A stretch of 64,000 nt of DNA. Source: Octopus vulgaris. Taxonomy: Eukaryota. The notes under the pieces are model-generated. The model was not told where the DNA came from, did not search any database, and saw nothing but the letters and a program-made list of their open reading frames with translations. Positions 1 through 12,284 of the stretch are shown piece after piece. The stretch lies in NCBI GenBank assembly GCA_951406725.2, contig OX597822.1:46686001-46750000 (forward strand). The letters are read 5' to 3'. Position 1 is the stretch's first letter, and every line of letters starts with the position of its first letter. A program made the translations under genes and the position numbers.

Positions 1-764
1 GACTAAAGCCTTGTGAATTGATGTGGTAGGCAGAAACTGAAAGAAGCCCGTTTATGTGTGTGTGTGTGTGTGTGTGGTTTGTATTTACTCTTGTCCAGAC
101 ATCATGTAATAGTTGTAAATGAGCATCATTGTTATACAGGCAGGGTTGTTTGTTTTCAGTCTTCTCTGAAAAATATGTCAAGCTATGGGGAAAATGTTAC
201 CTTCCTTGAAGACAGGTGAGGGTTGGTGACAGGAAAGGGATCGAGCCATAGAAGATCTGCATCAAGAAATTCCATCTGACCCATGCAAGCATGGAAATGT
301 GGACAGTAATGATGGTGGCGGATATGGCCGGTTTGAATATGAAATGGTTAAAAACTAGTTTTACTGATATTGCTTTCAAAATTCTTGTCTTTTTCACATG
401 TTCACTTGTGCATGTTTGCAATAGCTACTGTCTGACAGAACATGTTTCAGTGGCCAGAAAAACATGTTGAATTACGTGAAACGATAGAGTAAGAAACCTA
501 GTACCAGATCTTTTCATGGACCTTTCAAATACTACTCTGGCTCCCCAATTTACTCTTTTGCTTACACAGACCCCACAAAATCTTATATGGAGCCCTAAGG
601 TTCATGTGGACCCTGGTTTAGAATTTCTTTGTCTCCATACATACACACACTGAAATAGTCAGCTACCATACATACATTGTGTAGAGAGATCACATGTGCT
701 AAATTAGTCATTTTGTTACTACACACACATTATATAGAGATATCACAGTACACCCTAAATTAGT

Positions 765-987
765 CAGGGTGGCCTGAAAGTAGGTTTACAGTTATCACGT
801 ATGCACTTGTTATAAATTTTTTAAAAAATTTATAACATTTAAATTTCTCTTACATACTGGAAACTAAATTAGCATAGAATAATAGTTTCATATTGTTTTG
901 TTTTTTTATAATTAAGATCTAAACTGTTAATATATGAATTCAAAAGAGATAGTTGAATAACTGTAAACCTACTTTTGGGCCACATTA
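765..987. mobile_element. Tc1/mariner-type MITE inserted in a degenerate tandem repeat
   Basis: Terminal inverted repeats CAGGGTGGCCTGAAAGTAGGTTTACAGTTAT / ATAACTGTAAACCTACTTTTGGGCCACATTA around an AT-rich non-coding core. Confidence 0.65.
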
Positions 988-1598
988 TATAGAGACATCA
1001 CAACACATAGCTACTTAGTTATCATGGAGAGATTATATATATAACATCATTGTACACACTAAATAGTCAATTTGTTACTGTATATCCATTGTATAGATAC
1101 ATCAATGTATATGCAGATTAGCCACTTAGTTACCAAACATACATAGACACATCACTGTCCACTCTAAAACCAGCAATTCCAGGAAATGCTGATGATGGCT
1201 TAATTGAAAATTGTGCGTTGGTACGGAGAAAATTGTAATGAATTCCTGGAAAGACAATTGTGGTCTGTCATCCCAGTATGTTTTATTGTGGTAATAGCTG
1301 CAACAATAAAGCTGTGTGTGTAGTAGTAGTAGCAGGGATGTTGTATAGATCACTATTTAACCATTTGACAGTGAAGTAAATATTTAATTATCCTAAATAT
1401 GGTGTGAATTAGAGTAGGGGTGATGTTAACTGATTTAAAAGATTATTTGCCAACATAACGTGGCAGTCTTGGTTTAGGACAAATGTTGCTGTAATTTAGC
1501 CCCAGGAGGCATCGTCTCCAGCTGGCTATATGACATGACCTGTGTCCTTATATTTTCGAACAAGAGCATTTAGCACCCCCACTCAGCTCAAAACAATA

Positions 1599-1643
1599 TC
1601 TGTGTATTGCAATTTCTGGGTTATTTCTCTTCATCAGCACAGA
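1599..1643 (-). ncRNA. Type I minimal hammerhead ribozyme motif within a Penelope-type repeat
   Basis: Minus strand reads UCUGUG-CUGAUGA-A-GAG AAAUAA CCC-A-GAA-AUUGCAAU-A-CACAGA: 6-bp stem I, core boxes, palindromic stem III, AUA cleavage triplet. A decayed duplicate lies at ~2956-3000. Confidence 0.6.
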
Positions 1644-1676
1644 ATAATTGTTTGGCTAGAGGTGGTGCTACCAAAT

Positions 1677-2866
1677 AAGAGGTGCAGCTATATCAAAGGA
1701 AGGCTAACTGGGAAGATAGTTTTTGTGTGTGGCAAATGCTTAGGGGCAGTAAACACTGAAAATGTGCAGAAAACAGCTTCTGTCACATTCCAGGGGGAAA
1801 AGCTACAAGTAGTTGATAGCTTCCATTACCTAGGTGAGCAAGCCAGTAGAGGGGGTGGATGCTCTGAGAGTGTTACTGCTAGAATAAGAATAGCTCCTAA
1901 CTCTGCTGGTGACAAAGGGCTTCTTAGAGTAAAAGGTGACTATGACGTATGTGTGCGAACAACCATGCTACATGGCAGTGAAACATGGGCCATGACTGCT
2001 GAGGACATGCATAAACTTGCAAAGAATGAAGCTAGTATGCTCTGCTGGATGTGTAATGTCAGTGTGCATACATGAGAGAGTGTAAGCACCCTGAGAAAAA
2101 AGTTGGATCTAAGAAGCATCAGATGTGGTGTGCAAGAGAGATGACTGTGCTGGTATGGTCATGTGTTGCATATGGATGAGGACAGCTGTGTGAAAATGTG
2201 TCATACCCTAGCAGTAGAGGGAACCTGTGGAAGAGGTAGATCCAGGAAGACCTGGGATGAGGTGGTGAAGCACGAGCTTCAAACGTTGGGCTTTACCGAG
2301 ATGATGATGAGTGACTGAGACCTTTGGAGATATGCTGTGCTTGAGAAAACCCAGCAAGCCAAGTGAGACTGTAACCATGGCCTATGCTAGTGCAGCATAA
2401 CCAGCCATTTTAAGAGTACCCTTCAATCATTGGGCAATAAACTGTGCTTGCAAAAACCTGTTGAGGCAAGTGGAATCGTCGTTGTGGCCAGTGACAGTAC
2501 TGCCTGATTGGCATCCAAGCCGGTGGCACGTAAAAAGCACCGTTTGACAGTGATTGATGTCAGTGCCACCTGACTGGTCCTGGTGTTACATAAAAAGCAC
2601 CATTCGAGCATGGTCATTGCCAGTGCCGCCTGGCTGGCCCGTGTGCCAGTGGCACATAAAATGGACCATTCAAACGTGGCTGATGCCAGTACCGCCTGAC
2701 TAGCCCTCTTGCTGGGGGCACATAAAAAGCACTCACTACACTCTCAGAGTGGTTGGTGTTAGAAAGGGCATTTCCAGATCAGATTGGAGCCTGGTGCAGC
2801 CCTCAGTCAAACCGTCCAAACCATGCCAGCATGGAAAGCAGACGTTAAATGACAATGATGATGAGA
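1677..2866 (+). mobile_element. 5'-truncated RTE-clade LINE (RT C-terminus, 3' UTR with tandem ~60-bp units, (GAT)n tail)
   Basis: Translation ...VVDSFHYLG...ARIRIA...MLHGSETWA...EASMLCWMCNV is typical of the RTE ORF C-terminus; flanked by a 167-bp direct duplication (1510-1676 / 2867-3033). Confidence 0.85.
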
Positions 2867-3384
2867 CATTGTCTCCAGCTGGCTATACAACACGATCTGT
2901 GTCCTTATATTTTCAAACAAAAGCATTTAGCATCCCCACTCAGCTCAAAACAATATCTGTCTATCATGATTTCCTGGTTATTTCCCTTCATCAACATAGA
3001 ATAAATATTCGGATAGAGGTGGCGCTGCCAAATTGCTGTTCGAAATATATAGTTTTCCAACTATAAAACATTTTTTTGTGTGTGTGTAGTACCAGGGTTG
3101 TTTTATAGATCACTATGTTCGAAAATATAAGGATACAGATGGTGTCATATAGCCAGCTGGAAACGAAGTTTCTTTTGCTGCACCACTAAGTCCACTAAGG
3201 TGGGGTATGTAAACAAACTACACCAGTTGTCAAGTGTGGGAGTGTGGGGACAACCATAAAGGCACATACACACAACCATATATCATCATCATACATCTGT
3301 TGTCCATGCTGGCATGGGTTGAACGGTTTGACTAGAGCTGGCAAGCTGGGGAGCTGCACCAGACACCAACCTGATTCGGCAGGG

Positions 3385-3425
<41 letters not shown>

Positions 3426-3450
3426 ACCCATCCATCCATCCATCCATCCA

Positions 3451-3738
3451 AATTGAAAGAATGGAGTAGGTAAAATCCAGGCTATGTATGTTTCCTAGTT
3501 AGCAGCACCTCGGAAGTAATAATTACTCAACGAGGGGTTCTCCACTAGCTACTCATTAGGCTGAAGATGCCTTAGTTAAATGAAGGTTACATTGTTGTTA
3601 AGGGCCCAAATTAAATGAGGTATCGTCGGCTTGATGAGTAGCTAGTGGAGTACCCCTGTTGACTAATTATTACTTCCAAGGTGCTGCTAGCGAGGTAACA
3701 TATGTAGCCTGGATTTTACCGACTCCATTCGCTCAGTT
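3451..3738. mobile_element. Foldback/MITE-like near-palindrome (~130-bp arms)
   Basis: GAATGGAGTAGGTAAAATCCAGGCTA...CTCCACTAGCTACTCAT on the left is the reverse complement of ATGAGTAGCTAGTGGAG...TAGCCTGGATTTTACCGACTCCATTC on the right. Confidence 0.75.
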
Positions 3739-3999
3739 AAGATTTTTATTTCCATTCATAGCAACCCTAGATGCTAACTGAACTGTAAAAAAAATTTTCT
3801 TTCAGCTTATCGAAATTCAATATAGGAAAAACCTACAACCTTCTACACCATTAAACTATTATGGTTCCTAAAAGTTTTTTTTTTTAATACTTACTACAGA
3901 TTGCTCAAAGCTTACTAGCTTCCTGTACCTAGATCCTTGAACCTTACAATTACATACCATCATCATTATATATATATATATATATATATATAAATATAT

Positions 4000-4072
<73 letters not shown>

Positions 4073-4074
<2 letters not shown>

Positions 4075-4340
4075 GAGTAAACACACAAATGTGAAACAAG
4101 GTGGAAAAAAGAATACCTAATACCGTCTCGGCCTTTTGGCTAAGATCAAAGTGTAGTACCCAAATACCAGTGGTAGAGTAATATGCTTTATTTAAAGCAG
4201 CAGAAAATTCAACAAAACCTGTTACTCTGAGTTTCCCGTTGCCGTTCATCGGACAGTTTTTGCTAGAAAAAACTGTCTGATGAACGGCAACAGAAACTCA
4301 AGTAACAGGTTTTGTTGAATTTTCTGCTGCTTTAAATAAA
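4073..4340. mobile_element. Penelope-type inverted-repeat element with a hammerhead motif in each arm, inserted in (TA)n
   Basis: Arms 4187-4261 and 4267-4340 are reverse complements. Each carries CUGU-C(U/C)GAUGA...GAAAC-UC(A/AG)A-GUA-ACAG. Confidence 0.7.
4126..4158 (+). pseudogene. Truncated U2 snRNA fragment (5' stem I to the branch-point recognition sequence)
   Basis: TCTCGGCCTTTTGGCTAAGATCAAAGTGTAGTA matches the conserved U2 5' end (about nt 7-38, invertebrate-type GATCAAAGTG). No downstream U2 sequence follows. Confidence 0.9.
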
Positions 4341-4422
4341 TACATATATATATATATATATTTTATCTAGTTTCAGCTCACGAGCTGTGGCCATGCTGGG
4401 GCATATATATATATATATATAT

Positions 4423-4757
4423 AGGATCCCTGGTCTGGTGGTACGTAAAAAGCACTATCCGACTCGTGGCCGATGCCAGCACCGCCTCGACTGGCTTCCG
4501 TGCCGGTGGCACATAAAATACACCAATCTGACCGTGGCCGTTGCCAGCCCCGCCTGGCACCTGTGCAGGTGGCACGTAAAAAGCACCCACTACACTCACG
4601 GAGTGGTTGGCGTTAGGAAGGGCATCCAGCTGTAGAAACATTGCCAGATTAGACTGGAGCCTGGTGCAGCCTTCTGGCTTCCCAGAACCCCGGTCGAACC
4701 GTCCAACCCATGCTAGCATGGAGAACGGACGTTAAACGACGATGATGATGATGATGA
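4423..4757 (+). mobile_element. RTE-associated 3' end (tandem GGCAC..AAAAAGCAC units, GGTTGGCGTTAGGAAGGGCATCCAG box, (GAT)n tail)
   Basis: Same 3' region as 2470-2866. Further copies at ~5143-5620, 19828-20130, 47610-48140 and 53165-53500. Confidence 0.75.
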
Positions 4758-4831
4758 TATATACATACATACATACATACATACACATTCATATATTATA
4801 TATATATATATACATATACATACATACATAC

Positions 4832-4865
<34 letters not shown>

Positions 4866-6000
4866 GGCTTCCATTCAGTTTCCGCCTACTAAATTCACTC
4901 ACAAATTATTGGTCAGCCTGATGCTATAGTTTTGAAGAAACTTACCCTAGGTACCATGGAGTGGGACTGAACCTGAAACCAGGTAGTTGTAAAGTGAGCT
5001 TCTTAACCACACAGCCATGCCTCTGCTTATTAAATTTTTTTCCTTCTCTCTCATGAAACCCTTTTGTAGGTGTCTTTTCTGGCTCAGTGTTATTTAATAT
5101 TGGTAAGTGACACAACACAAAGCGGTAGATATTTATGTAAAAAGACCTGGTATGCCAAGTGAGATCGTAACCATGGCCTATGCCAGTGCAGCATAACTGG
5201 CTCATTTAATAGTACCCTTCAATCATTGGGCAGTAAACTGTGCTTGTGAAGACCTGTTGAGTCAACTGAAGTCATTGTTGCGGCTGATGTCAGTACCATC
5301 TGCCTGGCATGTAAAAAGCACCATTCAAGAGTGGTCGATGCCAGTGCTGCCTGACTGGCCCCATACCGATGGCACATAAAAAAGCACCATTCAAGCGTGG
5401 TCAGTGCCAGTACTGCCTTGGCTAGCCCTTGTGCCAGTGGTATGTAAAAAGCACCCACTACGCTCTTGGAGTGGTTGGCATTAGGAAGGGCATCCAGCTG
5501 TGGAAACCTTGCCAGATCAGATTGGAGCCTGGTGCAACCACCTGGCTTGCCAGTTCTCAGTCAAACCGTCCATCTCATGCCAGCATGGAAAGCAGACATT
5601 AAGCAACGATGATGATGATGAAAAACAATATTTGTTTAGCGTGACTAATTGAGAAAAATTCAGATGGTTTGTTTATTGTCCCAAAATATTTAGTCTACTT
5701 TGTTTTGCACATGTTCATGTATATATTTTAGTAGAACAAATGCATCTGTAGTGTGTGTGTGTGAATTAATATATTTTCTTCAAGTGCTATACATAAGCAG
5801 ATACCTACACTCACATACACACACACTTGCATGTGTATGAGACTAATTCTCACCTCCAAAGGATGTTAAATTGACGCAGATTTTACTCTGTGTTATTTCC
5901 TTTACTATTTATTTGTCTTTCTTTTATACTTCTTATCTCTGATCTATCTCTCTTGCGTCAAACCTAACCACTTTTTCTGCTTTTATTTATTTTTTTGCAG

Positions 6001-6210
6001 TGAACAACAGGTCGTGTTGTCCCCTGTGAGACACCGACGCATCACGGACTTACCAATGCCACCAGTTGTTGACGACCCTGATCAGGAGGTTGATATTGAC
6101 ATAGACAGTCAAGGTGATATCAAGCCGTCATCCCTAGGTTTGGAAATGATGGAGATGAAGAGCAGAATTGATTCTAATGTGTCAGCTGCTCCAAAGTTGA
6201 AGAGACCAAA
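6001..6210 (+). CDS. CDK12: CDK12/13 kinase, internal exon upstream of the kinase domain
   Basis: Polypyrimidine tract plus TTGCAG acceptor, GTGAGT donor. Encodes ...RRITDLPMPP...KLKRPK, matching the DLP(L/M)PP and KRPKIC motifs of CDK12/13. Phase joins the next exon (AA|A). Confidence 0.85.
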
Positions 6211-7479
6211 GTGAGTTACAATGTGTGAAAGTGTGGTGGTGTGTTATGTGGTACTACCAGAACAGCAATTGTGTTGGTAGAATGTAGGAATTCTTGCTAT
6301 GGGTATTTCTGTGTGGTGGGGCTGTGCAAGTGTTCACACACCTACACATGCCCACACTACCCAAACCTATATTTATAAATCACTTTTAATCGTGGAATAC
6401 AATGTAGAAAAAGCTATAAATAATAACTTGCAAATATTGGGTTAAAAAAAGAAATCATTGGATGGAAAAAGTTGCAAGATGGTATGCTGACAGAATTGTT
6501 AACAAGTCGGACAAGATGTTTAATGGTATTTTCCCTGACTCTTTATGTTCTGAGTTCAACTCCTCCTGCAAGTCAACTTTGCCTTTCATCCTTTCAAGCT
6601 CAATAAAATAAAGTACCATTGAAGCACTGGGGTCAATGATGTAATCAATTTGCCCTCTCCTTTCAGGCTTGCTGACCTTGTTCCAAAATTAGAATTATTT
6701 ATAGCTTCATCTCCTTTGAGTTCCACCATTAAAACTAATATAGTTCATGTCTCTCAAAATTTCTAGATTCTTCTAACAAAAGCAGTGTGTGTGTGAAGGT
6801 ATGGGGCCTGGTGTTTCGGGTGTAGCACTCACAGTCGCTGTATCATGAGTTTTATTCCCAGATATATACCCTTACTACCATGTGGATGTCCTGTGAAAAA
6901 AAAAAAGGCCCAGGGAGTCAGCCTTAATAGCACATCAGGGAATGGAGTCCATCAGGTGGTGTAGAGCTCTCCTGTGAGGCAATTCACTTTAGAGAAGGCC
7001 ACTCCAATTATAGCTTGATGGTCACTGCTGACATCTTAGCCCACTGATCCACTGTGTGAGCCTCTAAAACTGAAAGAGTGGAATCAGAATGAGAAGATTG
7101 ATTCTGAGTTCAAAGTTACTAACAGCAGGCAAGAAAAGAAAAGCCCTGCAGCTTCAGGGTTTACATAGCCTCTTGAAGGTGTGTCATTTTCCCTCATGAT
7201 CTTCAGACATGAAGAAACTGCCATCGTGTATGCGTAGATGGATAGACAAACAGATATAAGCATGATTTACAGAACAAGAGAGATAGGTAGTTTTCATTGG
7301 TGGTGTTTGTATCAAACAATGAACAGTATGACATGTGGCTTAACATTTTGTTGGAACAGACTTGTCCAAATCCATGCTAATTTGGGATCTAAAAGATATT
7401 AAATGATAAGTGAACCCCTTGAGTGATTGAGGGTGCAGTATTGACAGAAGTGAAAGTATGATAGAGAGGAATGTGTGTC

Positions 7480-7707
7480 TTAACCTTTTCATTACCAACC
7501 CAGCTGAAACTATCTCTGGCTCTGTAGTACAAATGACTTGTTTTCATAAGTTTTGAATTAAAATCATCCACCAAACTTTAGTCACAATTTATTTTCTTAA
7601 CACTAGCTGAATGTTAACTAAGTTATTTTACTAAATTCTTTGTTATATTTAAAATCAGTTGAAAGATATACAGCATCTCCAACTAAATACAGTAATGACA
7701 GGGTTAA
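7480..7707. mobile_element. piggyBac-like MITE (TTAA...TTAA, CCCTTTC-type termini)
   Basis: TTAACCTTTTCATTAC...GTAATGACAGGGTTAA; an inverted copy of the same family lies at 58980-59207. Confidence 0.6.
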
Positions 7708-8524
7708 AGGGAGATGCAAGGCATCTAACAAGCCACCTATTGTCCCTATCAAAAAAACTTTTATTGGTTATGTAGGTGTATACAGCTTGAAAAATTTATG
7801 ATTTCAAACAGTGTTTGCTGGTACACAACTGATGCTCTCAGAACACAACTTAAAATGGCATTCAACAAACTTGGCCTGTGCATGACAGCCAAACCAAAGA
7901 CCTTTCAACAATAACCTTGCTTGATGTCATGCTTCATCTAAATAATTCTGCCTGCCAACTCTTCTCCAAATACCTTCTCAAGAATTTCAAAGAAGATCTT
8001 TCTGATACATGGTAAATGACTGTTGATTTCAGTGGTCACATGATCAATTAAAGAAGTAGTAATGATACTTTATACTGCTTACACCAATGATTTCTTATCA
8101 ATCTGTTGACTTTTCTAGTTGAGTGAGTGGAAGGTTAACCGAGCTAAGCCATAGCCTAGAACTAAATTTGTGTTTGCCTTGTGCATAAACATATCACATG
8201 CTACACACTTCTAACACAGAATAAAGGTGTGTGTGTGCATGTGCATATATATATATGCATGTGTGTGTGTATACACACACACATATATATGCGTGTGTGT
8301 GTGTATACATATATACATACATACATATATATATAAAATCTACCATGAAAATCCACCTCAACAAGTTCTGCCTCACCCATGTGACTATGGAAAAGTGTAT
8401 GATAAAATGAGGATGATGACAGTGAAATGGTGATGGTGACAGCTATGTTAGGAGATCTCATCATGAAATTTTAGCTTTTCCTAATGAAAGGGTGTCATCA
8501 AATTGATGTTCTTTTCTTTTGCAG

Positions 8525-8661
8525 AATCTGTCATAAGCGTCGTTATAATGAAAGAAACAAAGGTGACTGGGGGGAGCGCTGCGTTGAAGTATTCCGAAAG
8601 ATCTGTCAAATTGGTGAAGGAACCTATGGACAGGTTTACAAAGCTGAAGACACATTTTCTG
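8525..8661 (+). CDS. CDK12: CDK12/13 exon: DWGERC and glycine-rich loop IGEGTYGQVYKA
   Basis: TTTGCAG acceptor, G|GTAAGT donor. Translation KICHKRRYNERNKGDWGERCVEVFRKICQIGEGTYGQVYKAEDTFS. Confidence 0.97.
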
Positions 8662-9287
8662 GTAAGTTTCACTCTACCATTATTTTATAGTAAGTTACAT
8701 TGAAGAACTAAAGACACATAGATTTTAATCCAGATCTCCTATTGCATAATTTGAAAATATGCACATACACACACACGTCCACTGGCAGAACTTTGATCAG
8801 TCTTGGGCTGTTGTAAAAGACCCTTGTTTAAGCCATCACACAGAATGACTGAATCTGAAACCTAATGGTTAGGAAGTAATGATCTTAACCATATACACAT
8901 GCATATGTGTTTGTTATCATCATTTAATGTCTGTTTTTCATTGCTGGCATGGGTTGGACAGTTTGACAGGAGCTGGCCAGCTGAAGAGCTGCCCAGGCCC
9001 CATGTCTGTTTTGGCATGGTTTCCACAGCTGGATGCCCTTCTCAATGCCAACAACTTTACATACCTCACTTGTATGATGACAATGCTTATTTACATCCTT
9101 TATGTGATGTCAAGATATGGATACACACAAATACATACTATGCATTCACACATATATTATACCAACCTTCTTTCTGTGAAATTTATAACTATATCATTAA
9201 ATTTATTGCTTTTGTTTTTAAATGTAAATCTTTAATTTATTTCTTTCACTCTTTATTCATTCTCCTTTACCTATTTTTGATCTGTAG

Positions 9288-9458
9288 GTGAACTTGTTGC
9301 ATTGAAAAAGGTTCGTTTAGAAAATGAGAAAGAAGGTTTCCCCATCACAGCAGTGCGGGAGATCAAAATTTTGCGACAGCTAAACCACCCCAACATTGTC
9401 AACTTGAAGGAAATTGTCACAGATAAACAGGATGCTCTGGATTTTAGGAAAGACAAAG
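9288..9458 (+). CDS. CDK12: CDK12/13 exon: VALKK and PITAVRE helix
   Basis: TGTAG acceptor, G|GTATTT donor. Translation [57 protein letters not shown]; PITAIRE-type cyclin-binding helix. Confidence 0.98.
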
Positions 9459-11117
9459 GTATTTCTTCTCACATTATTATTTCATAGAACTTTAGGGCAG
9501 TGAGGTGGCAGAATCGTTAGAACTTGCGGGGAGAGGTGGATTTTTTTCTTTTTTATCTTTTTATTTTATGGATTAGTCAAGTGAACTAGGCACAAGCATA
9601 GCTGTTTGTTTCAGAAGTTTGCTTCCCAACCACATGTTACTGGGTTGTGTCCCACTCCATGACACCATTGGCAAATGTTTTCTACTGTGACCTCAGGCTG
9701 ATTAAAGCCTTGTGGGTGGATTTAATAAGTGGAAACTGAAAGAAGCACAGTGTATGTGCACATACAGGTGTATGCATGTGTGTCCTTGTCTTGACACTAT
9801 GATAGTTATTAAAATAAATAAATGTCTCTATCATAGCAGAAGTGCCATTCATTTAAAATATTCTGTGAGAACATGTAGGAACATGGGGAAATATTACCTT
9901 ACTTAGAAACAGATAAAGGTTGGTGACAGGAAAGGCATCTTACTGTAGAAACTCTGCCTCAGTAAGCTACATCCAGTTCATGCAAGGATGGAGCGGTGGA
10001 TGTTAAAACGATGATGATGAGAGGAAGGTGCCCATGACCATTACTGCAACTTGTGATCCATTTGGTTGACTCTTGGTTGTAGCCCCTCTTAGTTGCTCTC
10101 AGCAGGGAAACATGAATTCCAGAAAGGTTAGAAAGTGGTTTGTGTTTGTGATGTGTTAGTGCGGGGTGGGGTGCTCTCTACATAATGTGAGGGATAAGAG
10201 GCTATCAACAGTTGCATGAACAAACTTATTAGTTAATTAGAATTACTTGTGAGGAAGAGGAGCAGCTGGTTGTGGCTGTCTGTGTATGTTGCAATTAACA
10301 TTGTTTGGTGTATCTACCACTGCACACCACTTGTAATCAGAACCAGGGAAGGATTCTGTGATAAGTGGGCCCTTGTCTGAAACTGCACATAAGTAGTACC
10401 AAAGTAATCATAGACAATGTAGAAATACAGTGGAATATCAATGGTGGGATTTGAATTCATGAGGTTTGAGCTATAGTCCCACTTCCTAACTCATTCATCC
10501 TACATCTACAAATTTAATCAATGTTTTGGGTTTTTCTGAGCTCTAATTATGATATGAAAAATAACACCAAAAAGTTTGCTTTTTTTCTTTTTGACTATTT
10601 TGGCTTTGAATTAAACATAAAAATTTTTTTTTTAGCTGTCACTATGTAACTGCTGTATTTTCTGGTATACAAGTCAGTGTAGTTTATAGTGAAAAAGTTT
10701 AGTGTAAATATTTAAACATCATCACTATCTTTCTAAATCCTATTGCATTTCACATAGAATTTTTGATCCTCTAAAGTAGTCTTGGTACTTGTTTGCTGGC
10801 TGTAAATTTTGATCTGAAAAATTTGACTTGTATGCCAGAAAATATCATTTAACTTATTAAAGATAAAGTTTTTCTCTTTGCTTAGATTTATTTCAGTATC
10901 AATGTTTCAAATAAAATTAACAGATCTCACCAAAAACCACCTGAAGCTCTTCACTTCATCTCCTAAGCACCAACTCTTCATAGCAGTCATTTTGTTCAAC
11001 CCCAACCCTTGTCCCTACCCTACCAAATATATACTGTTTTGACTTTCGATAATTTTCTTTGTTTTATTTTTGTGCTTTTATGATTTTTTAAAACTTCTAT
11101 TTTTATTTATTGTTCAG

Positions 11118-11307
11118 GTGCCTTCTATCTAGTTTTTGAATACATGGACCATGACCTGATGGGTCTGTTAGAGTCCGGTTTAGTACACTTCAACCAGGAT
11201 CATATCGCTTCCTTCATCAAGCAGCTTCTTGACGGATTAAACTATTGCCACAAGAAAGACTTCCTTCATCGTGACATCAAATGTTCGAACATCCTGCTTA
11301 ACAATAG
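11118..11307 (+). CDS. CDK12: CDK12/13 exon: hinge and catalytic HRD loop
   Basis: TTCAG acceptor, AG|GTTAGT donor. Translation [25 protein letters not shown]...[15 protein letters not shown]; HRDIKCSN is diagnostic of CDK12/13. Confidence 0.98.
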
Positions 11308-12253
11308 GTTAGTAATGACATACATTTTGAGACCAGTTAAGGGTGATTCACTCATCTTCTTTATTGCTCAATAATACATTGTTAAACACTTCACAAACTA
11401 CACAGGTTCCATTAAGCCACCTCAGTTTATGCAGTTCATATTATTCAATGTAATTACATCAACACACTCTCTCCCTCTCATCATCCACTGTCCATATCTT
11501 CTTGTATGCTCACCTTGCTCCGTGAAGCTTTGATCTAGCGCCCCATCACTTCCCTCCTCTTATTTCCTTCAGTCCTGTATCTTTTATAGCAAAACACCTG
11601 TGTTTGTCCCTCTATCTTACTTTACCTTTTCAACTCCTGGCATAAAGCCACCAACCACCACCTTCCCCTTCCAAATACTCCCTTTTTGTGGTTGGTCTTA
11701 GGAAGGGCATCCAATCATAGAAACCATCCTAAAGATGACATTGGAACCTGACACAGCTCTGCAGCTCACTGGTTCCCTATCAGGCTGTCCAACCCATGCC
11801 AGCATGGAAAGCAAATGTTAAACGAGAATGAATGGTGAGGGTGAATATTTATATAGCATTGAACCCCATCACCCTATGCCATGATCCAAACCCCACTGGG
11901 TTGAATCCAGTCTTTCAATCTGCCAGGTAAAATAAGTACTGGTTGAGCAACACAGAAAGTCCTGGTTTACTAAACCCCACCACACACACACACACACGCA
12001 CACTTTTGTACCAATATGAAGAATTATATATTATAACAAAGCAGTGAGCTGGCAGAATCGTTAGCACACCAAGCTACATGTTTAGCAGTATTTCGTCTGC
12101 TGTTACGTGCTGAGGTCAACTTTGCTTTCATCCTTCCGGGGTCTATAAATTAAGTACCAGTTGCATACTGGGTTTGATCTAATCGACTGCCCTCCACACT
12201 CCCCCAAAAGTTTCAAGCCTTGTACCTAGAGTAGAAAAGAATATGAAGAATTA

Positions 12254-12284
<31 letters not shown>

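Noticed and set aside
1542-2075. 177-aa ORF as a host gene
   Set aside because: It is a chimera of the duplicated target site and a decayed RTE ORF.
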